Positions 10,121 through 19,788 of a DNA stretch of 64,000 nucleotides are shown piece by piece. Source of the stretch: Chloroflexota bacterium (GTDB lineage Bacteria; Chloroflexota; Anaerolineae; UBA1429); assembly GCA_019873625.1 (NCBI GenBank), contig JAIOAW010000014.1, positions 9,925-73,924 of the forward strand, given 5' to 3'. The notes under the pieces were generated by a model that saw only the letters and a program-made list of their open reading frames with translations, did no database searches and had not been told where the DNA came from. Position 1 is the stretch's first letter. Every line of letters starts with the position of its first letter. The translations under genes were made by a program, and so were the position numbers.

Positions 10121-10291
10121 GTAATCCCTGTGGTGTGCGTGATGCCTTTTTGGTATTGATCCAACACCTTAAGCAAGGGGGCCGTTCTCGCGAGAGACGG
10201 CAGGGGCCTTTAGCGCCCTCGTCTCCGGTAGGCGCCCACTTGACTCCAGAGGTTCACATACTGATAAGGCACACGGCACTATGGGGGTTAC
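10121..10291 (+). ncRNA. ssrS: 6S RNA
   Basis: About 170 nt with complementary ends (GTAATCCCTGTGGTG / CACTATGGGGGTTAC). It carries 6S-like conserved blocks TTGATCCAACA, GGCGCCCACTTGA...GGTTCA and CACGGCAC. A TTGTCT...TGaTATAGT promoter lies at 10087-10114 and a T-run follows. Confidence 0.88.
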
Positions 10292-10309
10292 CTTTTTTCG
10301 CGCATACCC

Positions 10310-11098
10310 TCAGGGCTGGGCAGGTTCTGCCTCATCCGACCGCACGGCAAGGGCCTCTTGGCGCACTCCCTGGAAAATGGCCTCGATGAGAAGGGCCGCT
10401 GCCCCGAAGGAGGGTTTGCCTTCTTCTCCGCACAGGAGCACCTCTTCTGCGGCCAAGGCGCAGGCCGAGACGGGAGAGATCACCAGGGCCGAGGTCCAAG
10501 CGCCCTGCGCGCGCGCCTGCCGGATGAAGCGGGCCACTTCGTCGCTTTCGGGGCCAAGCGCCACGGCCACCACCGCACAGCCCGCCCCTACCTCAGGGAG
10601 GATCATCTGCAAAGAAAGGGCATCAGCCAAGGGGCTTTCTGCGCTCGCCCCTTGAGCGCGCAACCCGTATGCCAAGAGGTGTGCCAAAGCCGCCGAGGTG
10701 CCCTGGCCGATGACATAGATTCGCCGCGCCCGGCGCAGGGCCTGCCACAGCGCGGGCACATCGGCCGGCAGGTGGCTGAGGACCCTCTGGGCGCGTTCCA
10801 CCTCGGCCTGGGCGTAGGCCCCCAGCCCCGCCTCAGCGCGGGGCGCCCGCTCTGCCTCCCGCAGGCCGAGTTCCTCGCGCACGGCCTGGGCGATATCGGC
10901 CATCATTTCCGGGTAGCCCCGGTAGCCGATGCGCTGGGCAAAACGGATGACCGTCGCCTCGTTCATACCCAACTTTTCGGCAAGGGCCGAGGCCGTGAGA
11001 AAGACCGCTTCGCGGTAGGAGGAGGCCAGGTAATCGGCCAGGCGTTGATGGCTTTTGGTCAAAAAGGGGTAAACTTGGCGAATTCGCTCAAAGATCAT
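10310..11098 (-). CDS. MurR/RpiR family transcriptional regulator (HTH + SIS)
   Basis: LTKSHQRLADY...LAEKLGMNEATVIRFAQRIGYRGY HTH; ARRIYVIGQGTS SIS domain. Confidence 0.9.
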   Translation of the reverse strand: MIFERIRQVYPFLTKSHQRLADYLASSYREAVFLTASALAEKLGMNEATVIRFAQRIGYRGYPEMMADIAQAVREELGLREAERAPRAEAGLGAYAQAEVERAQRVLSHLPADVPALWQALRRARRIYVIGQGTSAALAHLLAYGLRAQGASAESPLADALSLQMILPEVGAGCAVVAVALGPESDEVARFIRQARAQGAWTSALVISPVSACALAAEEVLLCGEEGKPSFGAAALLIEAIFQGVRQEALAVRSDEAEPAQP

Positions 11099-11270
11099 CC
11101 TGCCCCCTCGAAGCCGTTCTCGGCTGAGTATAGCAGGATTTATTTTTTAGGTCAAAGCCCAATGCAGATTTCCCTGCGCCTCTTGACAGGGGGGCACAAG
11201 TGTGGTAAAAAGGGGCGCACATTGCGCAATGCCTTGCGCTTGAGGCGGCTTGTGGCAAGGAGGATGGCCC

Positions 11271-12101
11271 GTGAGGATTGACCGCGTCGCGGAGAATGTA
11301 TACGTCTTTATCAGCGACCTCTATGTTCAGGTGGTTTCCACAGCCATCCTCACCGCCGAAGGGGCCGTGGTAGTGGATGCGCTAGCCTTCCCTTCCGAAA
11401 CGCGGGAGGCCATCGCCTTCATCGAGCGCACCTACAGGCCTGGCGCCATCCGCTACCTCATCCTCACGCACCATCACGCGGACCATACCTACGGTGCCTA
11501 CCTCTTTGAGGGGGCCGAGGTGCTCGCCCAGGCCGGCTGTCGAGAGATGCTGGAGCGCGTCGGGCCGGCCACCCTGGCCCGCGCCAAGCGAGAGACGCCG
11601 GCCCTTGCGGAGGTCGAACTCCGCCTGCCGAATATGACCTTCGAGCGCGAACTGCACCTCCACCTGGGCGATGCCCATTTGCAGGTCTTTCATACGCCCG
11701 GCCACACGGCAGATGGCATCAGCGTCTTTTATACGGAGGAAAAGATCCTCATCACGGGGGATGCGATGATGCCCGTGCCGCACATCGTCCACGGCGATGT
11801 GCAGGCCCTCAAGGCGTCTCTCCAAAAGATGCTCGATTTGAACCCGGGTTTCATCATCCAAGGGCATGGGGAGGTCATCCTGCGGGGAGAGGTGGAGGAG
11901 GCCATTCAGGGGAGCATCGCCTACCTCGATACCATCGTCGCGCGCGTCTCGGAGGTCATCGAGAAGGGCGCTCCCCCTTCGACCTTGCGGGAGATTGACA
12001 TCGAATCCTGCGGGCGCTCGCGCATCCCTTTGGATGGCCTCGTGAGCCGCCTGCACTTGGATAACCTCATCGCCCTCTACAAGCGTATGGCGCCGCGCTA
12101 A
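11271..12101 (+). CDS. MBL-fold metallo-hydrolase (glyoxalase II/cyclase-like)
   Basis: THHHADH, TPGHT, TGD and GHG motifs; GTG start after AGGAGG. Confidence 0.88.
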   Translation: MRIDRVAENVYVFISDLYVQVVSTAILTAEGAVVVDALAFPSETREAIAFIERTYRPGAIRYLILTHHHADHTYGAYLFEGAEVLAQAGCREMLERVGPATLARAKRETPALAEVELRLPNMTFERELHLHLGDAHLQVFHTPGHTADGISVFYTEEKILITGDAMMPVPHIVHGDVQALKASLQKMLDLNPGFIIQGHGEVILRGEVEEAIQGSIAYLDTIVARVSEVIEKGAPPSTLREIDIESCGRSRIPLDGLVSRLHLDNLIALYKRMAPR

Positions 12102-12433
12102 TCAACCCGTTCGGGGAGGTTTAGCCACCCCCGGCGGGCGATTTCGCGGGCGATCCACTTCTGCCTTTCGGTAACAATCTCTGGGTTGCGGCCTACGCAT
12201 TCTTCATAGACCAGCCGAGGATGGATGCTCCCAAAGGCAGGCGCACGGGCTACGCATTCGCCAATGGCCCGCGCGTCGCAGCGGAGCACGCCCAAGAGAT
12301 AGGTGATCACCAGGCCCCGTTCGAGGTCGCTACCTAGCGGGCCGCGCCTCTCCTCGTACTCGCGGAGAAACCCGTCGAGGAGATCCAACAGTTCTTGGAC
12401 GAAACTAATCGTGCCATCCTCAGCGATCATCAT
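12098..12433 (-). CDS. Hypothetical protein
   Basis: 111-aa ORF with a GGGGGA RBS and protein-like composition, downstream of prfB. No recognised family. Confidence 0.55.
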   Translation of the reverse strand: MMIAEDGTISFVQELLDLLDGFLREYEERRGPLGSDLERGLVITYLLGVLRCDARAIGECVARAPAFGSIHPRLVYEECVGRNPEIVTERQKWIAREIARRGWLNLPERVD

Positions 12434-12494
12434 TCCCCCCTGAATCGAGCATCTGGCGCACGAATTATAGGTGGCGCGCGCCTTTGGGCAAGCC

Positions 12495-13599
12495 TTAGCG
12501 CTTTGGCCCTACGGACCAACGCAAATAGGCCTCGATGAACTCGTCGAGTTCGCCATCCAACACGGCGGTGGTGTTGCCCGTCTCGTAATCGGTGCGGAGG
12601 TCTTTGACCATACGGTAAGGATGCAGGACGTAAGAGCGAATCTGGTTCCCCCACCCCGCCGTGATGTGCTCGCCGCGCAGTTTGGCGCGCTCCTCCTCCT
12701 GGCGCTGGAGTTCCAAATCGTACAGCCGCGCACGGAGCACCGCCATAGCCCGCTCCTTGTTCTGCACCAGCGAGCGCTCGTTCTGGCAACTCACCACGAT
12801 GCCCGTGGGCAGGTGCGTAATGCGCACGGCTGTGGCGTTCTTTTGCACGTTCTGCCCACCGTGGCCCGAAGCATGGAATACGTCAATGCGCAGGTCATCG
12901 GGATTGATCTCGACCTCGATCTCTTCGCCGATATCCGGGATGACCTCCACCAGGGCAAAGGAGGTATGGCGGCGCCGCGCGTTATCGAAGGGCGAGATGC
13001 GCACTAGCCGGTGCACGCCTCGCTCGGAGCGGAGCAGGCCGTAGGCATTGCGCCCGTGAATCTCTACCGTCACGCTCTTGAGGCCCGCCTCTTCGCCCTC
13101 CATCTGGTCAATGATTTCGGCCTCAAATTTGTGGCGCTCGGCCCAGCGCAGGTACATCCTGAGGAGCATCTCGGCCCAATCCTGCGCTTCGGTGCCCCCT
13201 GCGCCGGCATAGATGGAAAGGATCGCATCGCGCGCGTCGTGAGGGCCGCTCAAGAGGAGTTCCATACGCATTTCGGCCAGGGTGGAGGCCAGAGCCTCCA
13301 TCTCGGCGCGAATCTCCTCGTTCAGGCCGTCATCCTGCTCCGCCTCAGCTAACTCCAAGAGTTCCTGGAGTTCGTTGATTTTAGCATCCACCGCGCGCCA
13401 GCGGTGGACGTGCTCCTCCAATTCGGCGAGCCTTTGCATCGTCTCTTGGGCGGCAGCGGGATCATCCCAAAAGCCCGGTTCCGCCGAACGCGCGTGGAGC
13501 GTGGCGATTTCGGCTTCATCGCGCGCGATGTCAAAGGCGCTCCAAGAGGTCATCCACCTCGCGGCGCATTTCCATCAGCATCGTTTTCGGTTCATCCAT
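12495..13599 (-). CDS. prfB: Peptide chain release factor 2 with programmed +1 frameshift
   Basis: ATG at 13599 reads MDEPKTMLMEMRREVDDLLERL, then CTT-TGA-C (13536-13530) preceded by an internal SD-like GGAG. The +1 frame has the SPF (ISPFD) and GGQ (GHGGQNV) motifs. Confidence 0.97.
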
Positions 13600-13626
13600 A
13601 GCATCACCTCCATAGCGAAAGGGTAT

Positions 13627-14547
13627 TTATGCCTCGTCGCGGTCGAACAATCCCTCGACAAAGGCCACAGGGTCAAACGGCGCAAAATCATCGAGGTGTT
13701 CACCCGTCCCCACAAAGAGCACAGGCAGGCGCATCTCGTGGGCGATGGGGAAGACCATACCCCCCTTGGCCGTGCTATCGAGTTTGGCCAAGATCACGCC
13801 CGTCACACCGAGCATCTCGGTAAAGGCCCGCGCCTGGTTGAGCGCATTTTGGCCGTTCGTCGCATCCAACACGAGGAGCGTCTCGTGGGGGGCCTGGTGC
13901 ACCTGTTTGCGGGCGATGCTGCTGATCTTGCGCAATTCCTGCATCAGGTTGTGCTGGGTGTGCAGGCGCCCCGCCGTATCAATGATCAACACGTCTGCCT
14001 GGCGAGATTGGCAGGCGCGGATGGCATCATACACCACCGCACCGGGATCGGCCTTGGGTTGGTGGGCAATGACCTCCACCCCCGCGCGCTGGCCCCAGAT
14101 TTGCAATTGGTCAATGGCCGCCGCACGGAAGGTATCCGCCGCCGCCAAGATGACCTTCTGCCCGCGCGCCTTGTGATAGCGCGCCAATTTGGCGATGCTC
14201 GTCGTCTTGCCGGAGCCATTCACCCCCACCACCAAGATGACGTGCAACAGCCTCTCGCCCGGCAAATAGGGCCTTTGCACCGCCTTGAGGATGTTCACCA
14301 GTTCCGCCTTGAGGAGCGCCTTGGCCGCTTCGGGGTCTTGCACGCGAGCGGCCTCGGCCTGGGCGCGCACCCGGGCGATGAGATCCGCCGCCGTGCGCGC
14401 GCCCACATCGCTCTGGATGAGGAGCGCCTCCAGTTCCTCCCACGTCTCCTCGGTGAGATTTTGCCGGAAAAGCCGCGCAATGCGGCTGAAAAAGGATTGC
14501 CGCGTCTTGGTAAGGCTTGAGGCGATGGCGTCTTTCGAATCGGGCAA
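13627..14547 (-). CDS. ftsY: Signal recognition particle receptor FtsY
   Basis: [21 protein letters not shown] and KLDSTAKGG; likely TTG start at 14547 after GAGGAG. Confidence 0.96.
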   Translation of the reverse strand: MPDSKDAIASSLTKTRQSFFSRIARLFRQNLTEETWEELEALLIQSDVGARTAADLIARVRAQAEAARVQDPEAAKALLKAELVNILKAVQRPYLPGERLLHVILVVGVNGSGKTTSIAKLARYHKARGQKVILAAADTFRAAAIDQLQIWGQRAGVEVIAHQPKADPGAVVYDAIRACQSRQADVLIIDTAGRLHTQHNLMQELRKISSIARKQVHQAPHETLLVLDATNGQNALNQARAFTEMLGVTGVILAKLDSTAKGGMVFPIAHEMRLPVLFVGTGEHLDDFAPFDPVAFVEGLFDRDEA

Positions 14548-14685
14548 GGTCTTGCTCCTCAATGCAAATACACAATCCCAACAGCCCATTATACCAGCCG
14601 CGCCGAGCGCAGCCAAAAGATTGTGCTTGTGCCTAGAGGAAAGGGGTATATTACCTCGTGCCCCACAGAAGCCGGCCCAATCCTT

Positions 14686-14731
14686 GGCGTGCGAGGCTCC
14701 TGCTTCGCACGCGGGCCAGAGGCCCGCGCCC
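14686..14731. repeat. REP-like palindrome doublet (GCGAGGCTCCTGCTTCGC + GCGGGCC..GGCCCGCGC family)
   Basis: Two GC-rich hairpins nearly identical to segments at 46788-46834, 46918-46964 and 39395-39414. Confidence 0.65.
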
Positions 14732-14773
14732 CTTTCCCTTGTGGAGTGCGCAAACCATCCTAGCGCGCAAAAA

Positions 14774-14799
14774 AGGGGCACGCGACCGCGCGCCCCTAC
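14774..14799. repeat. REP-like hairpin (AGGGGC...GCCCCTAC type)
   Basis: Same terminal motif as the hairpin at 39347-39373. Confidence 0.5.
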
Positions 14800-14831
14800 G
14801 GGAACCAGCCCAAGACGAGGCCCCCGAATCT

Positions 14832-16244
14832 CTACCCTGCCCCAGGCGCAGTGCTCACCGGCACCCCCTGGGGCGCCAGAGGCAGGGTGAACGAAAAGGT
14901 GCTCCCCTTGCCCACGGTAGATTCAAGCCCCACCTTGCCCCCATAGCGCTCGACGATGCCTTTGAAGATAGAGAGGCCCAGCCCCGTGCCGTGCCGGGCG
15001 ATGGCCTTCGCCTCTTCGGTGCGGTAAAAGGCCTCAAAGATGCGCTCCATCTCTTCGGGGTGGATGCCGATGCCCGTGTCGCTCACCGCGCCGTACAAAT
15101 GGTCCCCTTCGCGCCGCAGTTCGACGGTGATGGAGCCGCCTTCCGGCGTATATTTGATGGCGTTGCTGATGAGGTTGATCCAAATCTGCTTCATATGCTC
15201 GGTGCTCAAGGGCGCTTGCGGCAGGCCCTCTTCTACGCGGGTATGCACATTCAGTTTTTTATCCTCAATGCGCGCTTGGAACATATCGAGCACATCGGAG
15301 AGCACCTTCGCGGCATCGGTAAACTCGGGCTTGGCCTGCGCGGAGGGCACATCCTGCAAGTGGGCAAAGTCGAGCAAGTCGCTGATGAGGTCCAGTTGAT
15401 CCCTCGCGCGCTGTTCGGCCTTGCTGACGATCTCCTGCAAGCGCTCTGGGGGGACGTAACCATCCAAAATGAGCCGCAGATAACTCTGGATGGCCGCCAC
15501 CGGCGCGCGCAATTCGTGCGTTACGAGGCGAATGAAATCCGACCGGCTGTTATCTAACTCGCGCAGGCGTTCGTTGAGGCGGGCCAACTCTTCGGAGCGC
15601 AACTCACAAGAGACGTTCGCCTCATACAACTGGCGCTCGCCCTCCCGCAACCGCTCGGAGACGTCTGCCGAGAGGAAACTCACGCCAAAGTTCGCCGTCA
15701 CGAGGACGAAACTCTCGGCCAAGATGTGCCCCACCTCGCGATAGCGCATTGGCAGGCGAAAACCGACGAGGTTGTAATGGGGCAAAAACCCGGTCGCCTC
15801 TGCCACGAGTAGCCCTACCCAAAGGATGGAGGCCACTGCCGCGTAGAGCAGGCTGGCCCGTTTGGTCATCAACACGCTCCCCACGGCCACCAAGAGCACA
15901 TAATAAGTCGAAAAGGGGTTCTCTAGGCCGCCGGAGTAGTGCAAGAGCACCGTCAGGGCGACGAGGTCGGCCAAGATTTGGGCGTGGAGCAGAATCTCGT
16001 GGAGTTGGTAGGGCGCCCCTGGCCCGATGAGCCGGTGGGCCACCACCCAGAAAATCCCGTTGTAAACGGCCATGGCGGCCACAGTCGCCCACAAGGCCTT
16101 GGCCGGGAGGATGTTCCCCAGCCACCAGTTGGCCGCGAGGATCATCGCCGCCGCCAAGGCCAGCACAATCCAACGCAGTGAGACGAGCCACCGCGCCCGC
16201 TCGCTCAATTCGCGGTTGACGGGAATGTGCAAGAGTTCGCTCAC
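14832..16244 (-). CDS. Membrane-bound sensor histidine kinase (HisKA + HATPase_c)
   Basis: About six TM helices; H-box VTHELRAP; N-box [10 protein letters not shown]; G1 DTGIGI; G2 GTGLGL. Confidence 0.95.
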   Translation of the reverse strand: MSELLHIPVNRELSERARWLVSLRWIVLALAAAMILAANWWLGNILPAKALWATVAAMAVYNGIFWVVAHRLIGPGAPYQLHEILLHAQILADLVALTVLLHYSGGLENPFSTYYVLLVAVGSVLMTKRASLLYAAVASILWVGLLVAEATGFLPHYNLVGFRLPMRYREVGHILAESFVLVTANFGVSFLSADVSERLREGERQLYEANVSCELRSEELARLNERLRELDNSRSDFIRLVTHELRAPVAAIQSYLRLILDGYVPPERLQEIVSKAEQRARDQLDLISDLLDFAHLQDVPSAQAKPEFTDAAKVLSDVLDMFQARIEDKKLNVHTRVEEGLPQAPLSTEHMKQIWINLISNAIKYTPEGGSITVELRREGDHLYGAVSDTGIGIHPEEMERIFEAFYRTEEAKAIARHGTGLGLSIFKGIVERYGGKVGLESTVGKGSTFSFTLPLAPQGVPVSTAPGAG

Positions 16245-16260
16245 GCTATTCCCCCCGATC

Positions 16261-16743
16261 TTACGGCAGGGCGAACACGCGGTGCAGGGCCGCGACCGCC
16301 CGTTCGCACGCCTCTTCTTGGATGACGCACGAGATGGTCGAGATGGACGTGCTCACCGCCAAGATGTTGATGCCTTCCTCGGCCAAGGCGCCGAACACCC
16401 TCCCCGCGATGCCGGGGCGTTCGCGGAAATCCGGCCCATAGACGGAAACGAGCGCCACCGAAGGCGTAACGGTTACCTTGCGCGCCTTGAGGGCCTGCGC
16501 CACAGGTTCGATGACCTCCAGCGCCCGCTCGCGGTCGGCGTTATCGGTGCAAAAGAGGATGTGCGAATCGTTATTCAAGTCAATGCACTGGACGATGAAT
16601 TGGGCGTTCAGTTCGGCCTGGCCCAACGCGCCAAAGATCGCGGAAGCCAGCCCCGGCCGGTCGGGCGCAGACATCACGCCCACCAAGCACAATGGGCGGA
16701 ACTTCAGAATGCCCCCAACCCGTATTCTGGCATCGCGCGTCAT
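16261..16743 (-). CDS. Stand-alone tandem ACT-domain protein (aspartokinase regulatory-domain-like)
   Basis: DRPGLASAIFGAL and RPGIAGRVFGALAEEGINILAVSTS repeats, as in aspartokinase C-terminal ACT domains. No kinase domain. Confidence 0.88.
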   Translation of the reverse strand: MTRDARIRVGGILKFRPLCLVGVMSAPDRPGLASAIFGALGQAELNAQFIVQCIDLNNDSHILFCTDNADRERALEVIEPVAQALKARKVTVTPSVALVSVYGPDFRERPGIAGRVFGALAEEGINILAVSTSISTISCVIQEEACERAVAALHRVFALP

Positions 16744-16751
16744 CGTTCCCC

Positions 16752-17135
16752 CTATGCCCTGCGATCCAACAGGGCCTCTGTGCGGGCCAACAGGTCTTGT
16801 GGTGAGATGGGTTTGGAGATGAACCCGTTGATATGGATATACTCATCGGTGGGGAAGAGCGCCGCGTAATCCGTATTCGCGATGGAGGTTACCATCAGGA
16901 TGGGGATTTGGCGCTTTTCCGGGTCTTCCGCCATCTGTCGGCTCATATGAAGGCCATCCAGCACCGTCTTCATAATGATATCCAAGATGACGAGGTCGGG
17001 CTTTTCTTGGGCCACCATCCTCAACCCCTCATCGCCATCTGCAGCGCTCACCACCGTATGCCCGGCGGATTCCAGCACGAGGCGCGTCGTCTCGACGAAA
17101 TCGGGGTCATCATCCACGATGAGAATCTTGGCCAT
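16752..17135 (-). CDS. Single-domain response regulator (receiver)
   Basis: ILIVDDDPDF, LVILD (phospho-Asp), T/S and SKP conserved. Confidence 0.93.
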   Translation of the reverse strand: MAKILIVDDDPDFVETTRLVLESAGHTVVSAADGDEGLRMVAQEKPDLVILDIIMKTVLDGLHMSRQMAEDPEKRQIPILMVTSIANTDYAALFPTDEYIHINGFISKPISPQDLLARTEALLDRRA

Positions 17136-17151
17136 AGGGTCTCCTCCTTAC

Positions 17152-18477
17152 CTATGCGGCGGCATGGGTAGAAGCGCCGGGCGCCTTTTCGCGGATGGGC
17201 GCCCCCTCTTGGTAGGGCAGGCCCAAAGGGCAGCGCTTCAACGCCACGTGGGCATGGAACTCTTCCATAAACTTGAAGGTCCCCCGCAGGGCGGCTACCA
17301 AGGCATCTCCCATAGGGCAGAACGTCTTGCCGGCCATACCATCCACCAAATCCACCAGTTGATCAATGAGCCGCGAATCCCCTTCGCCCGCTTCGATGCG
17401 CTCCAGGAGCCGCACGGCCTGCTGAGTGCCCACACGGCAGGGTGTGCAGCGCCCGCAGGATTCGTGGGCAAAGAACCGCGCCGTGCGCCGCGCCACATCC
17501 ACAATGCAGGTATCCTCATCCATCACGATGATGGCGCCCGTGCCCAGGGCCGAGCCGACCGCCGCGAGGGATTCGAAATCCATCGTGACATCGAGTTCAT
17601 CCCCCGTGAGGAGCGGCGTTGAGGCGCCCCCAGGGATGACCGCCTTGACCTTTTTGCCGCCCGGCACCCCGCCCGCGTGGGTATAGATGATCTCATGGAG
17701 CGGCGTGCCCATAGGGAGTTCATAAACCCCACGGCGAAAGACGTGCCCGCTCACGCAAAAGACCTTAGGCCCCGTGCTCTGCTCGGTGCCGATGGAGGCA
17801 TACCACTCGGCGCCCCGGTTCACGATGTGGGGGACGTTCGCCAAAGTCTCCACATTGTGGACGAGCGTGGGCTGGCGCAAATACCCGATTTGCGCCGGGT
17901 AAGGGGGTTTGAGGCGCGGCTCGCCGCGCTTCCCCTCGAGCGATTCGATCATCGCCGTCTCTTCGCCGCAGATGTAGGCCCCCGCCCCGCGATGCACGGA
18001 CATATCCAGGCTGTACGAGGTGCCCAGGATGTTCTTGCCCAAGAACCCACGGGCGTAAGCATCGGCGATGGCCTTGATCCACCGCTTGACCCCCAAAAAG
18101 AACTCGCCGCGGATGTACACAAAGGCCCTCTGGGCGCCCACGGCATAGGCCGCGATGATGGCTCCTTCGATGATCTGATGGGGGTCCTTTTCCACCAACT
18201 CGCGGTCTTTGAAGGTGCCCGGTTCGCCCTCATCGGTGTTCACGCAGAGATATTTCGTCACGTTTTCTGGCGTCATAAAGCCCCATTTCAGCCCCGTGGG
18301 GAACCCTGCGCCGCCCCGCCCGCGCAGTTTGGAGCGCTTGACGAGATCAATCAGTTCGGCGGGTTTCATCTCGAGCGCCTTGGGCAGCGCCTGGTAGCCG
18401 CCGTTCGCCATATAGACCTCGATCGTCTCCGACCGGGGCAAGGAGGCCCGCTTGAGCAGTACTGGCTCGAACATCAT
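17152..18477 (-). CDS. nuoF: NuoF-like FMN/NADH-binding [4Fe-4S] subunit
   Basis: LRGRGGAGFPTG, NTDEGEPGTFKDR, GAGAYICGEET and ESCGRCTPCR...FCPMG. No extra C-terminal ferredoxin domain. Confidence 0.93.
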   Translation of the reverse strand: MMFEPVLLKRASLPRSETIEVYMANGGYQALPKALEMKPAELIDLVKRSKLRGRGGAGFPTGLKWGFMTPENVTKYLCVNTDEGEPGTFKDRELVEKDPHQIIEGAIIAAYAVGAQRAFVYIRGEFFLGVKRWIKAIADAYARGFLGKNILGTSYSLDMSVHRGAGAYICGEETAMIESLEGKRGEPRLKPPYPAQIGYLRQPTLVHNVETLANVPHIVNRGAEWYASIGTEQSTGPKVFCVSGHVFRRGVYELPMGTPLHEIIYTHAGGVPGGKKVKAVIPGGASTPLLTGDELDVTMDFESLAAVGSALGTGAIIVMDEDTCIVDVARRTARFFAHESCGRCTPCRVGTQQAVRLLERIEAGEGDSRLIDQLVDLVDGMAGKTFCPMGDALVAALRGTFKFMEEFHAHVALKRCPLGLPYQEGAPIREKAPGASTHAAA

Positions 18478-18929
18478 CCCTCCCCTCGCAGTGCTTGCAA
18501 AATCATATCCACCTTATCGGTGGTCAGGCTTTCATAGAGCGTATCGTCAATGCGCATCGTGGGAGACGTGCCGCACGAGGCCAGGCATTGCACCGTCTGC
18601 AAGGTGAACATCCCATCGAGCGTGGTCTCTCCAGGGCCGATGCCCAAGGTACGCTGGAGATACTCCACCAGGCGCTCCGCCCCCCCTGCCAGGTGGCAGG
18701 AGAGGCCCTCGCACACTTGGATGACGTGCCTCCCCACGGGCTTGAAGCGGAACATCGAATAGAAAGTGGCCGTCTCGTACACGTCTTCAGGGGCCATATT
18801 GAGGCGCTCGGCCACCCGCGCGATGGCCTGCGGGCTTAGGTAGCCGAATTGCTCCTGCGCGATGAACAACGCGGTGAGCACCATCGCCCGCTTGGCCGGA
18901 TCTTGAACGGCGAACTTGCCTGCCTCCAT
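18474..18929 (-). CDS. nuoE: NuoE-like [2Fe-2S] thioredoxin-like subunit
   Basis: ATFYSMF, CEGLSC and CLASC motifs; overlaps the nuoF start by 4 nt. Confidence 0.92.
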   Translation of the reverse strand: MEAGKFAVQDPAKRAMVLTALFIAQEQFGYLSPQAIARVAERLNMAPEDVYETATFYSMFRFKPVGRHVIQVCEGLSCHLAGGAERLVEYLQRTLGIGPGETTLDGMFTLQTVQCLASCGTSPTMRIDDTLYESLTTDKVDMILQALRGEG

Positions 18930-18939
18930 CCTACCCTCC

Positions 18940-19329
18940 TTATGATGATGGAATAAGCCTCGCCACGCGTTCGAGCAAGGCCGAAGGTTCCAGCGGTTTG
19001 CTCATAAAATCATCCACCTGCGCCTTGCGGATCATCGGGCCGACGGAATCATCCCGATCGCTGACGATGGCCGAGACCATCATCAGGGGGATGTGCCGCA
19101 ACTGCGGGTCGGCGCGCATCTCCTGGCAGATGTTCCAACCGTCCAGCGCGTACGAAATCATCACATCGGCGATGACAAGGTCGGGCGGGTTGGCCCGCAT
19201 CATCTCCAGGCCGGTGCGGGCATTGGCCGCCGTCTGCACCTCGTAGCCATGCGCGCCCAGGATGATGCCGACGTAATCGAGAAAATCGGGGTCATCATCG
19301 ATCACCAAGATGCGCTTTGGCCTGGTCAT
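18940..19329 (-). CDS. Single-domain response regulator (receiver)
   Basis: ILVIDDDPDF, LVIAD and MSKP. Confidence 0.92.
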   Translation of the reverse strand: MTRPKRILVIDDDPDFLDYVGIILGAHGYEVQTAANARTGLEMMRANPPDLVIADVMISYALDGWNICQEMRADPQLRHIPLMMVSAIVSDRDDSVGPMIRKAQVDDFMSKPLEPSALLERVARLIPSS

Positions 19330-19375
19330 CCGTTGCCGCGCCCCTTTCGCCCACGATGGGCGGCGTGAAGAACCA

Positions 19376-19780
19376 TCAAGGATTGGGCTTATCGTTCGCT
19401 AGGGTGGGTTCCCCCACCAGCCGGCGGACCTTGGCGAGCAGGTCTTGCGGTTGAACGGGCTTGGAGAGCCACAGGTCTATAGGCAAATATTCATCGGTCG
19501 GGAACATCCCCGCCATAGGGCTATTCGTGATGGAAGAGACCATAATGATGGGGATGTGCCGCGCGCCCTCTTCCTCAAGCGTGCGGGCCACGTGCACCCC
19601 ATCCAGGATGCCGCGCATCATCACATCCAAAAGGATGAGATCGGGCGGGCGCTCTCGCACCTTGCGCAGGGCCACATCGCCGCTGGGGGCCGTCTCCACC
19701 TCATAATGGGCGCTCGTCAGGATGAGCCGCGCAATCTCGCAAAAGTCGGGGTCATCGTCGACCACTAGAATTCGCGTCAT
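19376..19780 (-). CDS. Single-domain response regulator (receiver)
   Basis: ILVVDDDPDF, LILLD and LSKP. Confidence 0.93.
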   Translation of the reverse strand: MTRILVVDDDPDFCEIARLILTSAHYEVETAPSGDVALRKVRERPPDLILLDVMMRGILDGVHVARTLEEEGARHIPIIMVSSITNSPMAGMFPTDEYLPIDLWLSKPVQPQDLLAKVRRLVGEPTLANDKPNP

Positions 19781-19788
19781 CTCGCCTC

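Noticed and set aside
13282-14520. Long antisense ORFs (also 21985-23298, 23302-24807, 33786-34910, 39285-40631, 50863-52722 and many others)
   Set aside because: Shadow ORFs opposite well-supported genes in high-GC DNA; no motifs or RBS.
17152-18929. Respiratory complex I (nuo) operon or bifurcating hydrogenase
   Set aside because: Only E and F are present. There is no nuoA-D/G-N or hydrogenase subunit, and NuoF lacks the HydB extra ferredoxin domains.
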